In this document: positions 1-10,185 of the stretch, one piece after another | Numbering within the stretch: the first letter of the stretch is position 1 | Layout: each line of letters starts with the position of its first letter | Assembly (NCBI GenBank): GCA_963754945.1 | Contig: CAVWIG010000018.1 | Coordinates: 1 to 64,000, forward strand | DNA from: Methanotrichaceae archaeon | GTDB taxonomy: Archaea > Halobacteriota > Methanosarcinia > Methanotrichales > Methanotrichaceae | Reading direction: 5' to 3' | Length of the DNA stretch: 64,000 nt | The notes under the pieces: model-generated | Databases searched by the model: none | Seen by the model: only the letters and a program-made list of their open reading frames with translations | What the model was told of the DNA's origin: nothing | Translations under genes and position numbers: made by a program

Positions 1-1
1 A

Positions 2-1036
2 CAGCGGCGCATCTCCGTGGTAGCGCAGGCCTCCTGCATGAATTCCAGGAGGTATGAAGTCGTGGCCAAGGGTGTACATCTTCAGAATTGGAGCCATGCC
101 TGCGGTGTCGCCGTAGTCGTAGGCGTAAAGGCCCTTGGTCAGGCTAGGGCAAGCGGTTGGCTCGCAGGCCACCATGCGCAGATCCTTCTTGTCCTTCAGC
201 TTGTCGGGTATGAAGGGGAAACACATGCCTGGGAAGTTGCTGCCTCCGCCGCAACAGCCGAACATGATGTCCGGGTAGTCGTCTACCAGCTCGAACTGCT
301 TCTTGAGCTCAAGGCCTTCAACCGACTGGTGGATCAGGACGTGGTTCAGGACGGACCCCAGTGCGTAGTTGGTATCGTCGTGGGTGGCTGCATCCTCCAC
401 AGCTTCGGAGATGGCGATTCCCAAGGACCCCGGAGTGTCCGGCATCTCTGACAGGACCTTCCGGCCGTAGTTGGTCTTATCGGATGGGCTTGGGATGCAC
501 TCCGCGCCCCAAACCCTCATGGCGCTTCTGCGGTAGGGCTTGCTGTCATAGCTGGCCCTCACCATATAGACGGTGCACTTCAGGTCGAAGAGGCAGGTGG
601 CCAAAGAAAGGGCTGAGCCCCACTGGCCTGCTCCCGTCTCGGTGGCGAGCCGCTCGATGCCCTCCTTCATGTTGTAGTAGGCCTGGGGCACAGATGTGTT
701 GGGCTTGTGGCTGCCCGCAGGGGAGACTCCCTCATACTTGTAGTAGATCCTGGCAGGAGTCTTAAGGGCTTTCTCGAGGCCTGCTGCCCTGTACATGGGC
801 GTGGGCCTCCACAGCCTGTAAATCTCGCGGACTTCATCGGGAATGTCTATCCAGCGATCCCTGCTTGCTTCCTGTCTGATCAGCTCCTTGGGGAAGATGA
901 CCTCCATATCCTCGGGATTAAGGGGTTTACATGTTGCCGGATTCAGTGGTGGATCCAGAGGGGTGGGCATATCGGCGGCTACATTGTACCACTTCCTTGG
1001 AATCTCTTCTTCATCCAATAATATTTTAATCTTCAT
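2..1036 (-). CDS. trpB2: TrpB-like PLP-dependent enzyme (tryptophan synthase beta chain, TrpB2 type); 3' end runs off the window
   Basis: Not in the ORF track because its stop is outside the window. The minus strand reads [24 protein letters not shown] from the ATG at 1036 (GGAGG upstream) and reaches [28 protein letters not shown] at the edge, a TrpB signature. Confidence 0.9.
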   Translation of the reverse strand, partial: MKIKILLDEEEIPRKWYNVAADMPTPLDPPLNPATCKPLNPEDMEVIFPKELIRQEASRDRWIDIPDEVREIYRLWRPTPMYRAAGLEKALKTPARIYYKYEGVSPAGSHKPNTSVPQAYYNMKEGIERLATETGAGQWGSALSLATCLFDLKCTVYMVRASYDSKPYRRSAMRVWGAECIPSPSDKTNYGRKVLSEMPDTPGSLGIAISEAVEDAATHDDTNYALGSVLNHVLIHQSVEGLELKKQFELVDDYPDIMFGCCGGGSNFPGMCFPFIPDKLKDKKDLRMVACEPTACPSLTKGLYAYDYGDTAGMAPILKMYTLGHDFIPPGIHAGGLRYHGDAPL

Positions 1037-1208
1037 ACAATGTCCTCCATCTATAATCTATAACGCACTCTTTCGGTCGTTACTGATAATCAACGAGTTA
1101 TTTAATTCTTTTGTGTTTGTCAACAGGACTCCTGCCGGATATGCCGTGAAACTCCTGGGAGCGATCGAAGGTGAAGATTTATTTATCTTGGCTGAGATGG
1201 CACTGACC

Positions 1209-2477
1209 ATGACTGGCCAAACCCTGTCCGAGAAGATATTTTCAAGGGCTGCAAAGAAGCAGGCGCATGCAGGCGATTTTGTGATGGCTGACATCGACTG
1301 CGCGATGATCCACGACATTACAGGCCCCCTGGCGGTCAAGGGCTTCTACGAGATCGCTGGCAGGGACGGCCGGGTCTGGGACCCATCTAAAATAGTTATT
1401 CTCTTCGACCATCAGGTGCCAGCGGACAGCCTCAAGGCCGCAGAGAACCACATCATGCTCCGCAGTTTCGCAGAGGAGCAGGGAATCCTCAACTACGACA
1501 TCTTCTGCGGAGTTTGCCATCAGGTATTGCCCGAGAAGGGGCACGCTCTCCCGGGGTCGCTAATGGTTGGCACCGACTCTCATACTTGCACCTACGGAGC
1601 TCTTGGTGCATTCGCCACGGGCGTCGGATCAACGGACATGTCCTCTGTCTTTGCCACAGGCAAGCTGTGGTTCATGGTTCCAAAAACCCTTCAGCTCCTG
1701 ATTGAGGGCAGGCTGCCCGCAAGGGTGACCTCCAAGGACGTCATCCTCAGGATAATCGGCGACATAGGGGCGGACGGGGCCAACTACCTGGCCTGCGAGT
1801 TCCGGGGCGATTCCTCGGCCAGGATGGAGGTTCCTGAGAGGATGACCATGGCCAACATGGCAATAGAGATGGGGGCCAAGGCGGGAATGTTTGAGGCCGA
1901 CGATGTTGCACTGAAGTACCTTCGGGAGCGGGTAAAGGACGAAGAGGCCATAGGCAAGCTCATGGTCCAGGGCGACGAGGATGCCATGGTCTCCAAGAGG
2001 CATTGGGACGTAAACGACCTGGAGCCTCAGGTGGCTCTGCCTCACAACGTGGACAACGTCTTGCCGATAAGCGAGGTGCCGAAGACCAGGATAGACCAGG
2101 TGTTTCTGGGCTCCTGCACCAACGGCAGGTTCGAGGACATCAAGCTCGCCAGCGATTTGATGAAAGGAGAGCCGGTGGCCAAGGGCGTCAGGATGATTGT
2201 CGTTCCCGCAAGTAGAGTGGAGTACTTGAAGGTCCTCAAGGCAGGGCTTGTGGAGAAATTCATGGAGGCTGGAGCGATGGTTGAGTCACCCTGCTGCGGG
2301 CCGTGCATGGGAGGAAGCTTCGGGCTGCTCGGTCCTGGAGAGGTCAGCCTCTCCACGTCCAACAGGAACTTCTTGGGCCGTCAGGGCAGCCCCAAGGCCT
2401 TCGTGTATCTGGCCTCACCCGCGACCGCCGGAGCTAGCGCCATAACCGGCTATATCACGGACCCCAGAGAAGTTTGA
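1209..2477 (+). CDS. leuC: 3-isopropylmalate dehydratase / homoaconitase large subunit (LeuC/HacA family)
   Basis: [11 protein letters not shown] start, DSHTCTYGA, and GSCTNGR and CGPCMG Fe-S ligand motifs. Start trimmed from 843, which overlaps trpB2; alternative ATG at 1197. LeuC and HacA cannot be distinguished by eye. Confidence 0.88.
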   Translation: MTGQTLSEKIFSRAAKKQAHAGDFVMADIDCAMIHDITGPLAVKGFYEIAGRDGRVWDPSKIVILFDHQVPADSLKAAENHIMLRSFAEEQGILNYDIFCGVCHQVLPEKGHALPGSLMVGTDSHTCTYGALGAFATGVGSTDMSSVFATGKLWFMVPKTLQLLIEGRLPARVTSKDVILRIIGDIGADGANYLACEFRGDSSARMEVPERMTMANMAIEMGAKAGMFEADDVALKYLRERVKDEEAIGKLMVQGDEDAMVSKRHWDVNDLEPQVALPHNVDNVLPISEVPKTRIDQVFLGSCTNGRFEDIKLASDLMKGEPVAKGVRMIVVPASRVEYLKVLKAGLVEKFMEAGAMVESPCCGPCMGGSFGLLGPGEVSLSTSNRNFLGRQGSPKAFVYLASPATAGASAITGYITDPREV

Positions 2478-2486
2478 GATTCTAGG

Positions 2487-3290
2487 ATGAAGATCGCACT
2501 AAAGCTGGCATATCTGGGCGATAACTACTACGGGTTTCAGCGTCAGCCTGATCTGGTGACTGTGGACTCCGAAATAAGAGAAGCCTTGTCGCAGATCGGG
2601 GTCATCCACGGCGACTTCTGCTACGCTGGAAGGACCGATCGGGGCGTCTCGGCCCTGGGCCAGGTAATCGACTTCTGGATAGACGAGGAAAATGCAAACC
2701 TGGCCAGGCCCAGGTGCATAAACGGTCGTCTTCCCAGGGACATCTGGGCCTGGGCCTGGACGGTGGCTCCGCTGGGCTTTTCCGCCCGGTGGAACGCCCT
2801 GTGGCGGGAGTACCGCTATCTTCTCTGGCATGAAGGCCTGGACATAGAGAAGATACGTTCGGCTGCTGAGATGCTCAAGGGTTTGCACGACTTTAGGAAC
2901 TTCTCCGCATGCAAGGAAGGCACAGTCAAGGAAATCCAGAAGCTGGAGATAAACGAAGAGTGCGCCTCGGGCTTGGTCACTTTTGACATCAAGGCCAATG
3001 GATTTCTTTGGAACATGGTGCGAAAGATCGTCCGGGCCCTTGAGATGGTCGGGTCCGGGAATAAGGATCTGGAATGGATCGAAGAGCTTCTTGACCCTGA
3101 ACGGAACTACGGTGCACCATCGTCTCCAGCCGAGGGATTGATCCTCATGGACGTTGGATACGATTGCCTGGAGTGGCAGGTGGACGAGTACTCCCAGAAA
3201 AGGGCGGCCAAGGCCCTGACGGCGACTGTTCAGAAAAGAATCTCTTCGGCGTACGTAGCCAGGAGCCTGCAGAAGGCAATGGAGAGATGA
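2487..3290 (+). CDS. truA: tRNA pseudouridine(38-40) synthase TruA
   Basis: AYLGDNYYGFQRQP, AGRTDRGVSALGQ (catalytic Asp) and FLWNMVRKIV motifs. Confidence 0.95.
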   Translation: MKIALKLAYLGDNYYGFQRQPDLVTVDSEIREALSQIGVIHGDFCYAGRTDRGVSALGQVIDFWIDEENANLARPRCINGRLPRDIWAWAWTVAPLGFSARWNALWREYRYLLWHEGLDIEKIRSAAEMLKGLHDFRNFSACKEGTVKEIQKLEINEECASGLVTFDIKANGFLWNMVRKIVRALEMVGSGNKDLEWIEELLDPERNYGAPSSPAEGLILMDVGYDCLEWQVDEYSQKRAAKALTATVQKRISSAYVARSLQKAMER

Positions 3291-3988
3291 TGACAATACC
3301 TGATTGGCAATATCATGAGCCTGACCATCCTGGTGCCGACTTCGATGCCCTGGCCGAGATTTACGATCGGAACATGCAAAAATATCGAGATATTCAAGCA
3401 GAAATTCTGGAGATCCTTTCTTTCCTAGACCTTCGGCCCGACCAGACGATTATTGAGATCGGCACGGGTACAGGGGAGTTTGCCATAGCTGCTGCCCCTC
3501 ACTGCGCTAAAGTCTATGCCGTGGACCTATCGGAGGGCATGCTGAGGTATGCAGAGAAGAAAGCAAGGTCCAGGGGCGTTAGCAACATAGAGTTCCTTCA
3601 GGGAGGTTTTCTGACCTACCAGCATCCTACCCCAGTGGACGCTGTCGTAACCCAGCTTGCCCTGCACCACCTGCCGGACTTCTGGAAGCAGGTGGCTCTG
3701 ATGCGCATGGCAGACATGCTCAGGGATGGAGGCAAGCTCTGTCTACGGGACGTGGTCTTCAACTTCGACATCAGAGATTATGAAGACTCGATCGAGAGCT
3801 ACATATCGAGAGCGTCGGAGATAATGGGCGACGAGTTCGCCGGTCGCATTGCAGCTCATGTGAAGAACGAATACTCCACCATTGACTGGATCATGGAGAG
3901 GATGATCGAGCGAGCTGGACTTAAGGCAGTGAGGAAAGAGTACAAGGATGGATTTATCGGCGCTTATTTTTGCATTAAGGCAGATTGA
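3287..3988 (+). CDS. Class I SAM-dependent methyltransferase
   Basis: EIGTGTGEFA motif I, VDLSEGML and LALHHLPD. The ATGA overlap with the truA stop supports a start at 3287. Confidence 0.88.
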   Translation: MMTIPDWQYHEPDHPGADFDALAEIYDRNMQKYRDIQAEILEILSFLDLRPDQTIIEIGTGTGEFAIAAAPHCAKVYAVDLSEGMLRYAEKKARSRGVSNIEFLQGGFLTYQHPTPVDAVVTQLALHHLPDFWKQVALMRMADMLRDGGKLCLRDVVFNFDIRDYEDSIESYISRASEIMGDEFAGRIAAHVKNEYSTIDWIMERMIERAGLKAVRKEYKDGFIGAYFCIKAD

Positions 3989-4277
3989 CGATGACTTATC
4001 CAAGAATGACGATACTGGCGTGCCAATGAGCTGCCGAGAACTAGCGGAATCAGCCCTTAGGCAATGATAAGCCTTCGATCTTAGGGATAATCCCACATCC
4101 GCGAAAATTATTTATAGTTATAGTGCTTAACCAACGATTACACTTAACATGTAATTGTACCCTGCAATTGTACCAAGCGATGCATAGCGATCATTAGGTT
4201 CAAATTTGGTTCAAATTTTGGGTTAACACTATAGACTCCTATTATTATCATTATAGCGTGTTCTAAGCGATAGTGAG

Positions 4278-4555
4278 ATGAAAGTATAGAATAAGTAAAT
4301 CCTTTTGATTATGGCACTCCAGGTTCTTTCGCGTGTCTGTTGAGCAGTTCTGTTATAGCGCAGACTAACAACACAGTTGTAATCAAAGATTTCGCCTTCC
4401 AGCCGAATTTCCTTGCAGTACCTGTAGGACCAGGGGACACCTGGACGAACCAAGACCCGTATAGCAGTTGTCAGTGTGATAACGGAACCTTCGATTATGA
4501 CATTCTAGTTCTTTCGAAGGTTTTATCCGGAATTCCAAAGTTGGACTGGCCCTAG
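4278..4555 (+). pseudogene. Degraded cupredoxin/plastocyanin-like gene remnant
   Basis: NNTVVIKDFAFQPNFLAVPVGPGDTWTNQD...DNGTFD resembles a cupredoxin N-terminus. The ATG at 4278 is followed by an early stop, and the C-terminal Cys/His/Met copper-ligand loop is absent. Confidence 0.6.
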
Positions 4556-4617
4556 AATCCCGGTCACTAACCTAGAAAAATTAATCGAGAATGCTAGGTG
4601 GCACTAGCATTCATCGG

Positions 4618-5283
4618 TTATGTATGTAAGCTGTATTCGCTGACCATCTCTCCCATACTATCGATCAGTTCGACATCGCGGGTTCCATTCCACGTGAAAT
4701 TGCTGCCGTACAGATCCGTGGGTGTGTTTGCGTTCATGTGAGTGTGGACGGTTACTGCAGCCATAGGTTGAAGCATGAAATTGGGGAACAGATACGTGCT
4801 AGTTCCATCGTTCAATGCAAGCTTCCAGGCTGTAAGGTTCGCTGGTGCTGTTCCGTTGTTCGCTACTATTACGTGCAGTGCGCTGCTCTCTTTGATTACC
4901 TTTGATATAGTCACATTGTTCTTAGCAGTTGAACCAGTGTAACTCGCTTCCGAGGTAGTTCCAGCTGTCGATGTTGTTTGATTTCCGCCAACTGCAAATG
5001 CCCCCTGTGATGGAGTCTCGCTTGTCGGAGTTGTTTGCACGATGCCTGCTTCAAATCCCCCTTGCGAAGGGGTTTGGGGGACTGAATTTGTTTGATTGAG
5101 TCCAATCCTAAAAGACCCCTGCGAGGGGGTTTCGCTTGTCGGATTTGTTTGCACGATGCCCGCTTCAAATCCTCCTTGCGAAGGGGTTTCAGTTGTCGAT
5201 ATCGATTGTGCAAAAGATCCGGATATCGAAAAGATCACGGCGATCCAGATAGCTAAATATTTCAACTTCAAAGACCTCACCAA
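4618..5283 (-). CDS. Secreted protein with four 19-aa repeats and a C-terminal lamin-tail-like (LTD) domain
   Basis: Signal peptide, TPSQG repeats, and a C-terminal VANNGTAPANLTAWKL...YLFPNFMLQP...VTVHT...FTWN...DVELIDSMG pattern typical of LTD. Confidence 0.72.
   Translation of the reverse strand: MVRSLKLKYLAIWIAVIFSISGSFAQSISTTETPSQGGFEAGIVQTNPTSETPSQGSFRIGLNQTNSVPQTPSQGGFEAGIVQTTPTSETPSQGAFAVGGNQTTSTAGTTSEASYTGSTAKNNVTISKVIKESSALHVIVANNGTAPANLTAWKLALNDGTSTYLFPNFMLQPMAAVTVHTHMNANTPTDLYGSNFTWNGTRDVELIDSMGEMVSEYSLHT
4960..5187 (-). repeat. Four tandem 57-nt coding repeats in ABAB arrangement
   Basis: Units translate TPSQGGFEAGIVQTNPTSE / TPSQGSFRIGLNQTNSVPQ / TPSQGGFEAGIVQTTPTSE / TPSQGAFAVGGNQTTSTAG. 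Confidence 0.88.
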
Positions 5284-5599
5284 TCCTTAATTGACGATAT
5301 TAGTCTTAACTTACTAAGTTGCTAAAAGTATTTAAATTTTTATAATTTGAGCAGCGCTTGACTGGTCAGCGAGATTTAGTTCAAGCCGAGATGGACGAGT
5401 ACTCTTATTTCGGGCAGGCAATCCTTGAATCGCTTTTGACTCACGAAATAATTCTCAATTGATAATTTCTTCATCTGAAGTTGCTGATTCAAAAAACGAT
5501 CTGAAAGCAACTAAAAGCGGTTCTTAAAAGACCATGACTTTTACAAAATTGCAAAATCGAGAGGAATTAAATGCCAATGTTTTAGGCGTTTGCGGCTAT

Positions 5600-5635
5600 A
5601 AAAAAGAAGTGCTCCAGAAAAAATCTGGAGGCTTC
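5600..5635 (-). terminator. Hairpin plus U-tract downstream of 5650..6363
   Basis: CTCCAGA (5612-5618) and TCTGGAG (5624-5630) form an inverted repeat, followed by a T-run on the minus strand. Confidence 0.65.
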
Positions 5636-5649
5636 CTTTTCGTCAATGT

Positions 5650-6363
5650 TTATACGCATGGCAGCCAGTCAACGCTGATAGAACCACAGGTGCTGTTGCC
5701 CCAAAGCTGGATGAACTTCTCGATGGAGAAGACACCAGTCAAATCCTCAACACTCCTGCCCCACTCGTTGTGGCGTCCCTTGACGTTCACGTTTGGATCC
5801 CTGGAGATCCAACCGATGTGAGCAACGCCGATCACGTTGGAGTTGATGTTGGCTTCCAGAACTCCAGTGCAGCACGGAGTTCCCGCCAGGGCGCCTTCGT
5901 CATTGTACGACCTGGTCTTGACCTCGGTGTTCTTCTGCAGGTGCTCTGCGTGAGTGTACATCTCAGTCAGGACAGCACCGATCTTGTAGTTCTGGACGCA
6001 CAACTTGTCGATCCACTTCTGATCGTAGGTGCCTGTCTGGTAGCTAACTGGCATGTACTCCAGCTCTTGTTCGGATGTGAAGTTGATGTAATCCCTGGGG
6101 TCATTGGTGCCAAAGCAGTTTCCACCCACTCCAATCTGCCTCTCAGCCTCGAGTTCAATCCTGGAGGTTATGATGTTGCCGCTTCCGGACTGTTTCTCAA
6201 CCAGCTTGTTTCCGTTATACCCATCCTGTGTTGAGATAACCATCTCCAGATTCCTGTAACCAACCCCCTTTACCGATGATTTCTCGTACATGTAGTTGGC
6301 AGCACTTGCCATGCCCATGAGGGCTATGGCGATCATCGCTAGAACAACTAAGTTTCGCTTCAT
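5650..6363 (-). CDS. Secreted Cys-containing beta-rich protein, paralog A (candidate sheath/envelope subunit)
   Basis: Signal peptide, GGAGG RBS, strong similarity to 8861..9571 and 10186..10896, C-terminal DWLPCV. The CDS is secure; the function is inferred. Confidence 0.85.
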   Translation of the reverse strand: MKRNLVVLAMIAIALMGMASAANYMYEKSSVKGVGYRNLEMVISTQDGYNGNKLVEKQSGSGNIITSRIELEAERQIGVGGNCFGTNDPRDYINFTSEQELEYMPVSYQTGTYDQKWIDKLCVQNYKIGAVLTEMYTHAEHLQKNTEVKTRSYNDEGALAGTPCCTGVLEANINSNVIGVAHIGWISRDPNVNVKGRHNEWGRSVEDLTGVFSIEKFIQLWGNSTCGSISVDWLPCV

Positions 6364-6686
6364 TCCACACTTACCTCCAATAGCCTGTAAATAACACTGC
6401 AGAGGACTGAATCCTCAGCCCAAACGGTTCGCAGAACGCTTCTTAAACTGAGCGATAAAACTGCGCCCGGTCTGCAAGCAGTTCCAGGCTGCCTTCTCTC
6501 CCGAATACCCTTAGCACCCAGAACTAGTTTAACCAACAGCTATTTCAAAGTTTTGGCAGCGCAATTCGTCCCGCAGTAATAAAGGCAAGAATCACAGATG
6601 AAAAGTAGTTTTATTGTAGTTTTTTTGGTCTGTTATGCCAGTTGAACTGGAAAAGGTTAATCAAACAAATTTCAAAAAAAATAGAC

Positions 6687-7853
6687 TCATGCCGACTTTG
6701 AGAAGGCGTCAAGACGCTTCACGAAGTCGTTGCATGAGCTGCTTGAGCACGGATTGCTGACTGGTGCAGGCTGGGGCTTGAAGTTATCACATGAGCCGCC
6801 GAAGCATGGGCTGGCAAAGGTAGGATGATTATCCTGGAAGAGTATTCTTCGGTTGATCTCGAAAGACCCCAGATACTCTTCGTGCTCTTTGAGGTTCTTT
6901 TGGCCCGGTATTACCTGCTTTGCATCCAGCAGATAAAACCCTGTGAAGTTGTCGGCGGTTTTGAATTCTGCCATCTTCTTCAGAGAGCCTGTTTGGTACA
7001 AGTTGAAGTCCTGTTTCTTGAACTCCATCTGCCGGAGGTTATAGCTCTCCAGCACCTTTGCGCCAACACCTCCAAATACGGCTGAACTCTTGAAGGCCTC
7101 AGTTCCAAATAACGCATCTCCGGGCTTGAGCGCGTTGTAGTTATCTACAGCGTCCTGCTCCTCAAAGTTGGAATTGCGTCCTTTTGCCTTGTCAACGAGG
7201 TACTCGTTTTTTACCAGTGCATCGACGCTCCCGCTGAAAGTTATGTCTTTATTGGACTTTATGCCGGAATCCATTGAGCTAACGTCCTTGTTTATCTGGA
7301 ACTGTCCTGTTCCGCTTATTGAAGTTTCGGACGCGTAATCAAACCCTTGAACAGTGAAATGTACTTTGCAGTTGTGAGAGTTAGTGCACTGTCCCGAAGC
7401 CTCCACTGTGAAGCTGTAGTCACCAGCTAAAGCGCTGATGTCTGGTTTGACCTGAAGGGGTTCTGAGCGAGATACCCCGGCAGGGATCTTCATGGTCTTT
7501 GTGGTCCAGCTGAACCACTCTAAGTTGCACGTCTCAGGATCTACGCTGATTGTCGCATCCACATCGGATGGTCCGTTGTTCCTAACAGACACAGTGTAAT
7601 CCCTCACCTTTCCTGGAGCGGTGTAACCGCTGTCTGCTTCTGAGACCGGCCCGGTCAGTGTCACCTCTACATTCAGCTCGCCTGGGATCCCCTGACAGGA
7701 TACAGAAGGTAGCGACATTGTAGGCGGTCCGATGGAACCCGGCCACGTGCTGCCAGCACCGCTCATACCACTGTTTTGTCCGGTTCCCAAATCCTCAACA
7801 GTAGCAGACGCCTGAAAGGCAATGAAAATCAATATTATAAACCATTTTTTCAT
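6687..7853 (-). CDS. Secreted protein: N-terminal Ig-like/CARDB-type domain plus a beta-rich domain related to the neighbouring paralogs
   Basis: Signal peptide, YTVSVRNNG...AGDYSFTVEA Ig-like pattern, KEHEEYLGSFEINRRILF matching the family's terminal strands, and a Cys-rich tail. Confidence 0.8.
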   Translation of the reverse strand: MKKWFIILIFIAFQASATVEDLGTGQNSGMSGAGSTWPGSIGPPTMSLPSVSCQGIPGELNVEVTLTGPVSEADSGYTAPGKVRDYTVSVRNNGPSDVDATISVDPETCNLEWFSWTTKTMKIPAGVSRSEPLQVKPDISALAGDYSFTVEASGQCTNSHNCKVHFTVQGFDYASETSISGTGQFQINKDVSSMDSGIKSNKDITFSGSVDALVKNEYLVDKAKGRNSNFEEQDAVDNYNALKPGDALFGTEAFKSSAVFGGVGAKVLESYNLRQMEFKKQDFNLYQTGSLKKMAEFKTADNFTGFYLLDAKQVIPGQKNLKEHEEYLGSFEINRRILFQDNHPTFASPCFGGSCDNFKPQPAPVSNPCSSSSCNDFVKRLDAFSKSA

Positions 7854-7891
7854 CTTGATGCCCCCACAAAGAAATTAAAAAATTTTGGAAA

Positions 7892-7909
7892 CCAGGGCTT
7901 GGGCCCTGG
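7892..7909 (-). terminator. Intergenic hairpin followed by U-rich tract
   Basis: CCAGGGC (7892-7898) pairs with GCCCTGG (7903-7909); T-runs follow on the minus strand. Confidence 0.55.
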
Positions 7910-7931
7910 CATATTTCGTTTCCGATGTGAT

Positions 7932-8750
7932 CTAGCAGTCTACGTCTTGGCAAGGATTATGCTCGTTCTCCGGAACTGGGTTCTCGTGGAACTTGATCAT
8001 CTTCTCTGCTTCGAAGGTTCCTGTGAACTGCTCGTGGAGCTTGATATCCTTGTAGAATATCTGATGCCACTTGGCGTCTACGCCCCATGTTCCATTGAAG
8101 CTGTTCTTTGTATCAATGCCGATCATGTGCGCCGGATCGACTAGAGGCTGCCCATATTTGTCTGTTTTAGTCATGAGGCGTGATACATTTTTGTCATTAC
8201 CCCACATTTGATCTGCCAACCCCGCAGCCTTTAATTGCGCGTTCATAGCGTGTTGTGTATTCGGACTGCCGTTATCCAAGTTGGCCGTCGATGAGAAGAA
8301 GCTAGTTTGGGTCTTCTCCATCTGGTTTACAGAGAACATCTCCTGCACATCGGCGCCAATGCCTCCGTAGAAGGCTTTGGAGTTCAAGTACTTCCCGCCG
8401 GTGAGTGGCGCCTTCTTGGCGTTGTAGGTCAGCTTCTCTTTCTCGTACAGGTTCAGGCTGCTGTTGTGCGAGTCATTAAACAGAGGCCCCTCATTAATGC
8501 CCTTTTGTGAATAGGCATGGGTCTGGTCCAGCTCGAGATCGCCGTCTCCTGCCATTACGTTGTAGTACTCAAGAGCGATCTTTTTGTCGATCACCGAAGT
8601 GCTAATATCTATAGCACCGGTTCCTGATACCTTCTGGTTGTCACAGAACTGTTCATACTGCAGGGGCTCTGGCAATGGCGGATTGGCCGTGACAAAGCCT
8701 ACGCAGGCTAGAAGTGATGCAGCTACTAATGCCGCTACTACTCCCTTCAT
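7932..8750 (-). CDS. Secreted beta-rich protein distantly related to the neighbouring paralogs
   Basis: Signal peptide; QKVSGTG, IGADVQEMFSVNQMEK and KLHEQFTGTFEAEKMIKF align with paralog motifs; C-terminal PCQDVDC. Confidence 0.82.
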   Translation of the reverse strand: MKGVVAALVAASLLACVGFVTANPPLPEPLQYEQFCDNQKVSGTGAIDISTSVIDKKIALEYYNVMAGDGDLELDQTHAYSQKGINEGPLFNDSHNSSLNLYEKEKLTYNAKKAPLTGGKYLNSKAFYGGIGADVQEMFSVNQMEKTQTSFFSSTANLDNGSPNTQHAMNAQLKAAGLADQMWGNDKNVSRLMTKTDKYGQPLVDPAHMIGIDTKNSFNGTWGVDAKWHQIFYKDIKLHEQFTGTFEAEKMIKFHENPVPENEHNPCQDVDC

Positions 8751-8860
8751 ACTACTTTCACCCCCTAATTTTATTGTGATTATGAATCCCTTCTCACCAA
8801 AAAGGTGAGATTAAGGCTCCATTAAAATTCGGAGCCTCATTTCTTCAATTTTAATGTAAT

Positions 8861-9571
8861 CTAGACGCACGGCAGCCAATCAACGCTGATGGCACCGCAG
8901 GTGCTGTTGCCCCAAAGCTGGATGAACTTCTCGATAGAGAAGACACCAGTCAGGTCCTCAACGCTCCTGCCCCACTCGTTGTGGCGTCCCTTGACGTTTA
9001 CGCCTGGATCCCTGGAGATCCAACCGATATGAGCAACGCCGATCACGTTAGAGTTGAGGTTAGCCTCGAGGACTCCTGTGCAACAGTTGCTTACGCAGTT
9101 GTTGTTGTACAGCCTGGTCTTAACCTCGGTGTTCTTCTGCAGGTGCTCTGCGTGGGTGTACATCTCAGTCAGGACAGCTCCGATAGCGTAGTTCTGAACA
9201 CACAACTTCTCGATCCACTTCTGATCGTATGTTCCGGTCTGATAGCTCACGGGCATGTACTCAAACTCAGCTTCCTTTGTGAAGTTGATATAATCCCTGG
9301 GGCATGAGCCTGTCGGATATATGCAGTTGCCGGGTACACCGATCTGCCTCTCAGCCTCGAGCTCAGTCCTCTCGGTAATTACGTTACCGGATCCGGACTC
9401 TTTCTCCACCAGCTTGGCTCCAGCAAAGCCTTCCTGGGTCGAAACGATCATCTCTACGTTCTTGTATCCGACGCCCTTCACTGATGCCTTCTCGTACATG
9501 TAGTTGGCTGCACCGGCCATGCCTACAAGGGCTATCGCAATAATTACCAAAACAACTAGTTCCTTTCTCAT
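8861..9571 (-). CDS. Secreted Cys-containing beta-rich protein, paralog B1 (candidate major sheath/envelope subunit)
   Basis: Signal peptide, GGAGG RBS, near-identical to 10186..10896. Confidence 0.88.
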   Translation of the reverse strand: MRKELVVLVIIAIALVGMAGAANYMYEKASVKGVGYKNVEMIVSTQEGFAGAKLVEKESGSGNVITERTELEAERQIGVPGNCIYPTGSCPRDYINFTKEAEFEYMPVSYQTGTYDQKWIEKLCVQNYAIGAVLTEMYTHAEHLQKNTEVKTRLYNNNCVSNCCTGVLEANLNSNVIGVAHIGWISRDPGVNVKGRHNEWGRSVEDLTGVFSIEKFIQLWGNSTCGAISVDWLPCV

Positions 9572-9843
9572 TTCGTTCCCTTCCTCCTTAATCTATACCC
9601 TCATGTTAGGATCGAAAGCTGTTCTGAGACAGCAAATGTATGATCCATTATTACATCACCTCGGCAGCCGGATAGCCCACGACCAGATCGATGATCTTAG
9701 GCTGTTCCATCAGATAAGATGAAACTTTTTTAATTGGCTCCGCATCTGGATTGCAGCATGATGCCCTCAATACAACCCTCGCCGATATGAGGTGCCTGAC
9801 ATGATGGTTGGTCCTTGAAACTTGAGTAGGTCTCTCAGGCACA
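9572..9843 (-). promoter_or_regulatory. Long structured 5' leader of paralog B1
   Basis: Lies between a TATA box (TTTATATG, ~9866-9873 on the minus strand) and the ATG; several stems are shared with the leader at 10897-11160. Confidence 0.6.
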
Positions 9844-10185
9844 TTCTTCTTCTTAAGATTAATGGCATATAAATCTATCGAATATGCCGCTGGGAAGGCA
9901 ATGCGACCAATTGAACTCATATCTCTTATAGTTATATAATCTCACAGTTTATAAGCTTTTTGGGAGTTCACTATCTTTTTGCATATTCAAAGAGAAATAA
10001 GTAAGGAGTAAATATATTTATGATATTGACAATAATTAATGATTTACAGCTTTCCTAAAGATGATTAGAAGAACTAACCGATTTACATTCAGTTAAACGG
10101 CAAAAAGGAACTCATAAAAGGTAAAGGCTGCTCCAGATCTCTTAGAACCTGGAGCCCCATTTTGGATGATTCCAATTAACTCAGT

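Noticed and set aside
17-1021. Plus-strand ORFs 17..451, 361..765 and 707..1021, and the 843 extension of leuC
   Set aside because: They are antisense shadows of the minus-strand trpB2 gene.
2499-3296. 265-aa minus-strand ORF (and similar ones such as 24577..25155, 30146..30844, 33195..33773 and 47576..48223)
   Set aside because: They lie antisense to well-supported genes and have no recognisable motifs, as expected from codon bias.
4960-5187. Regularly spaced repeats as a possible CRISPR array
   Set aside because: They are in-frame 57-nt coding repeats without unique spacers, and there are no cas genes in the window.
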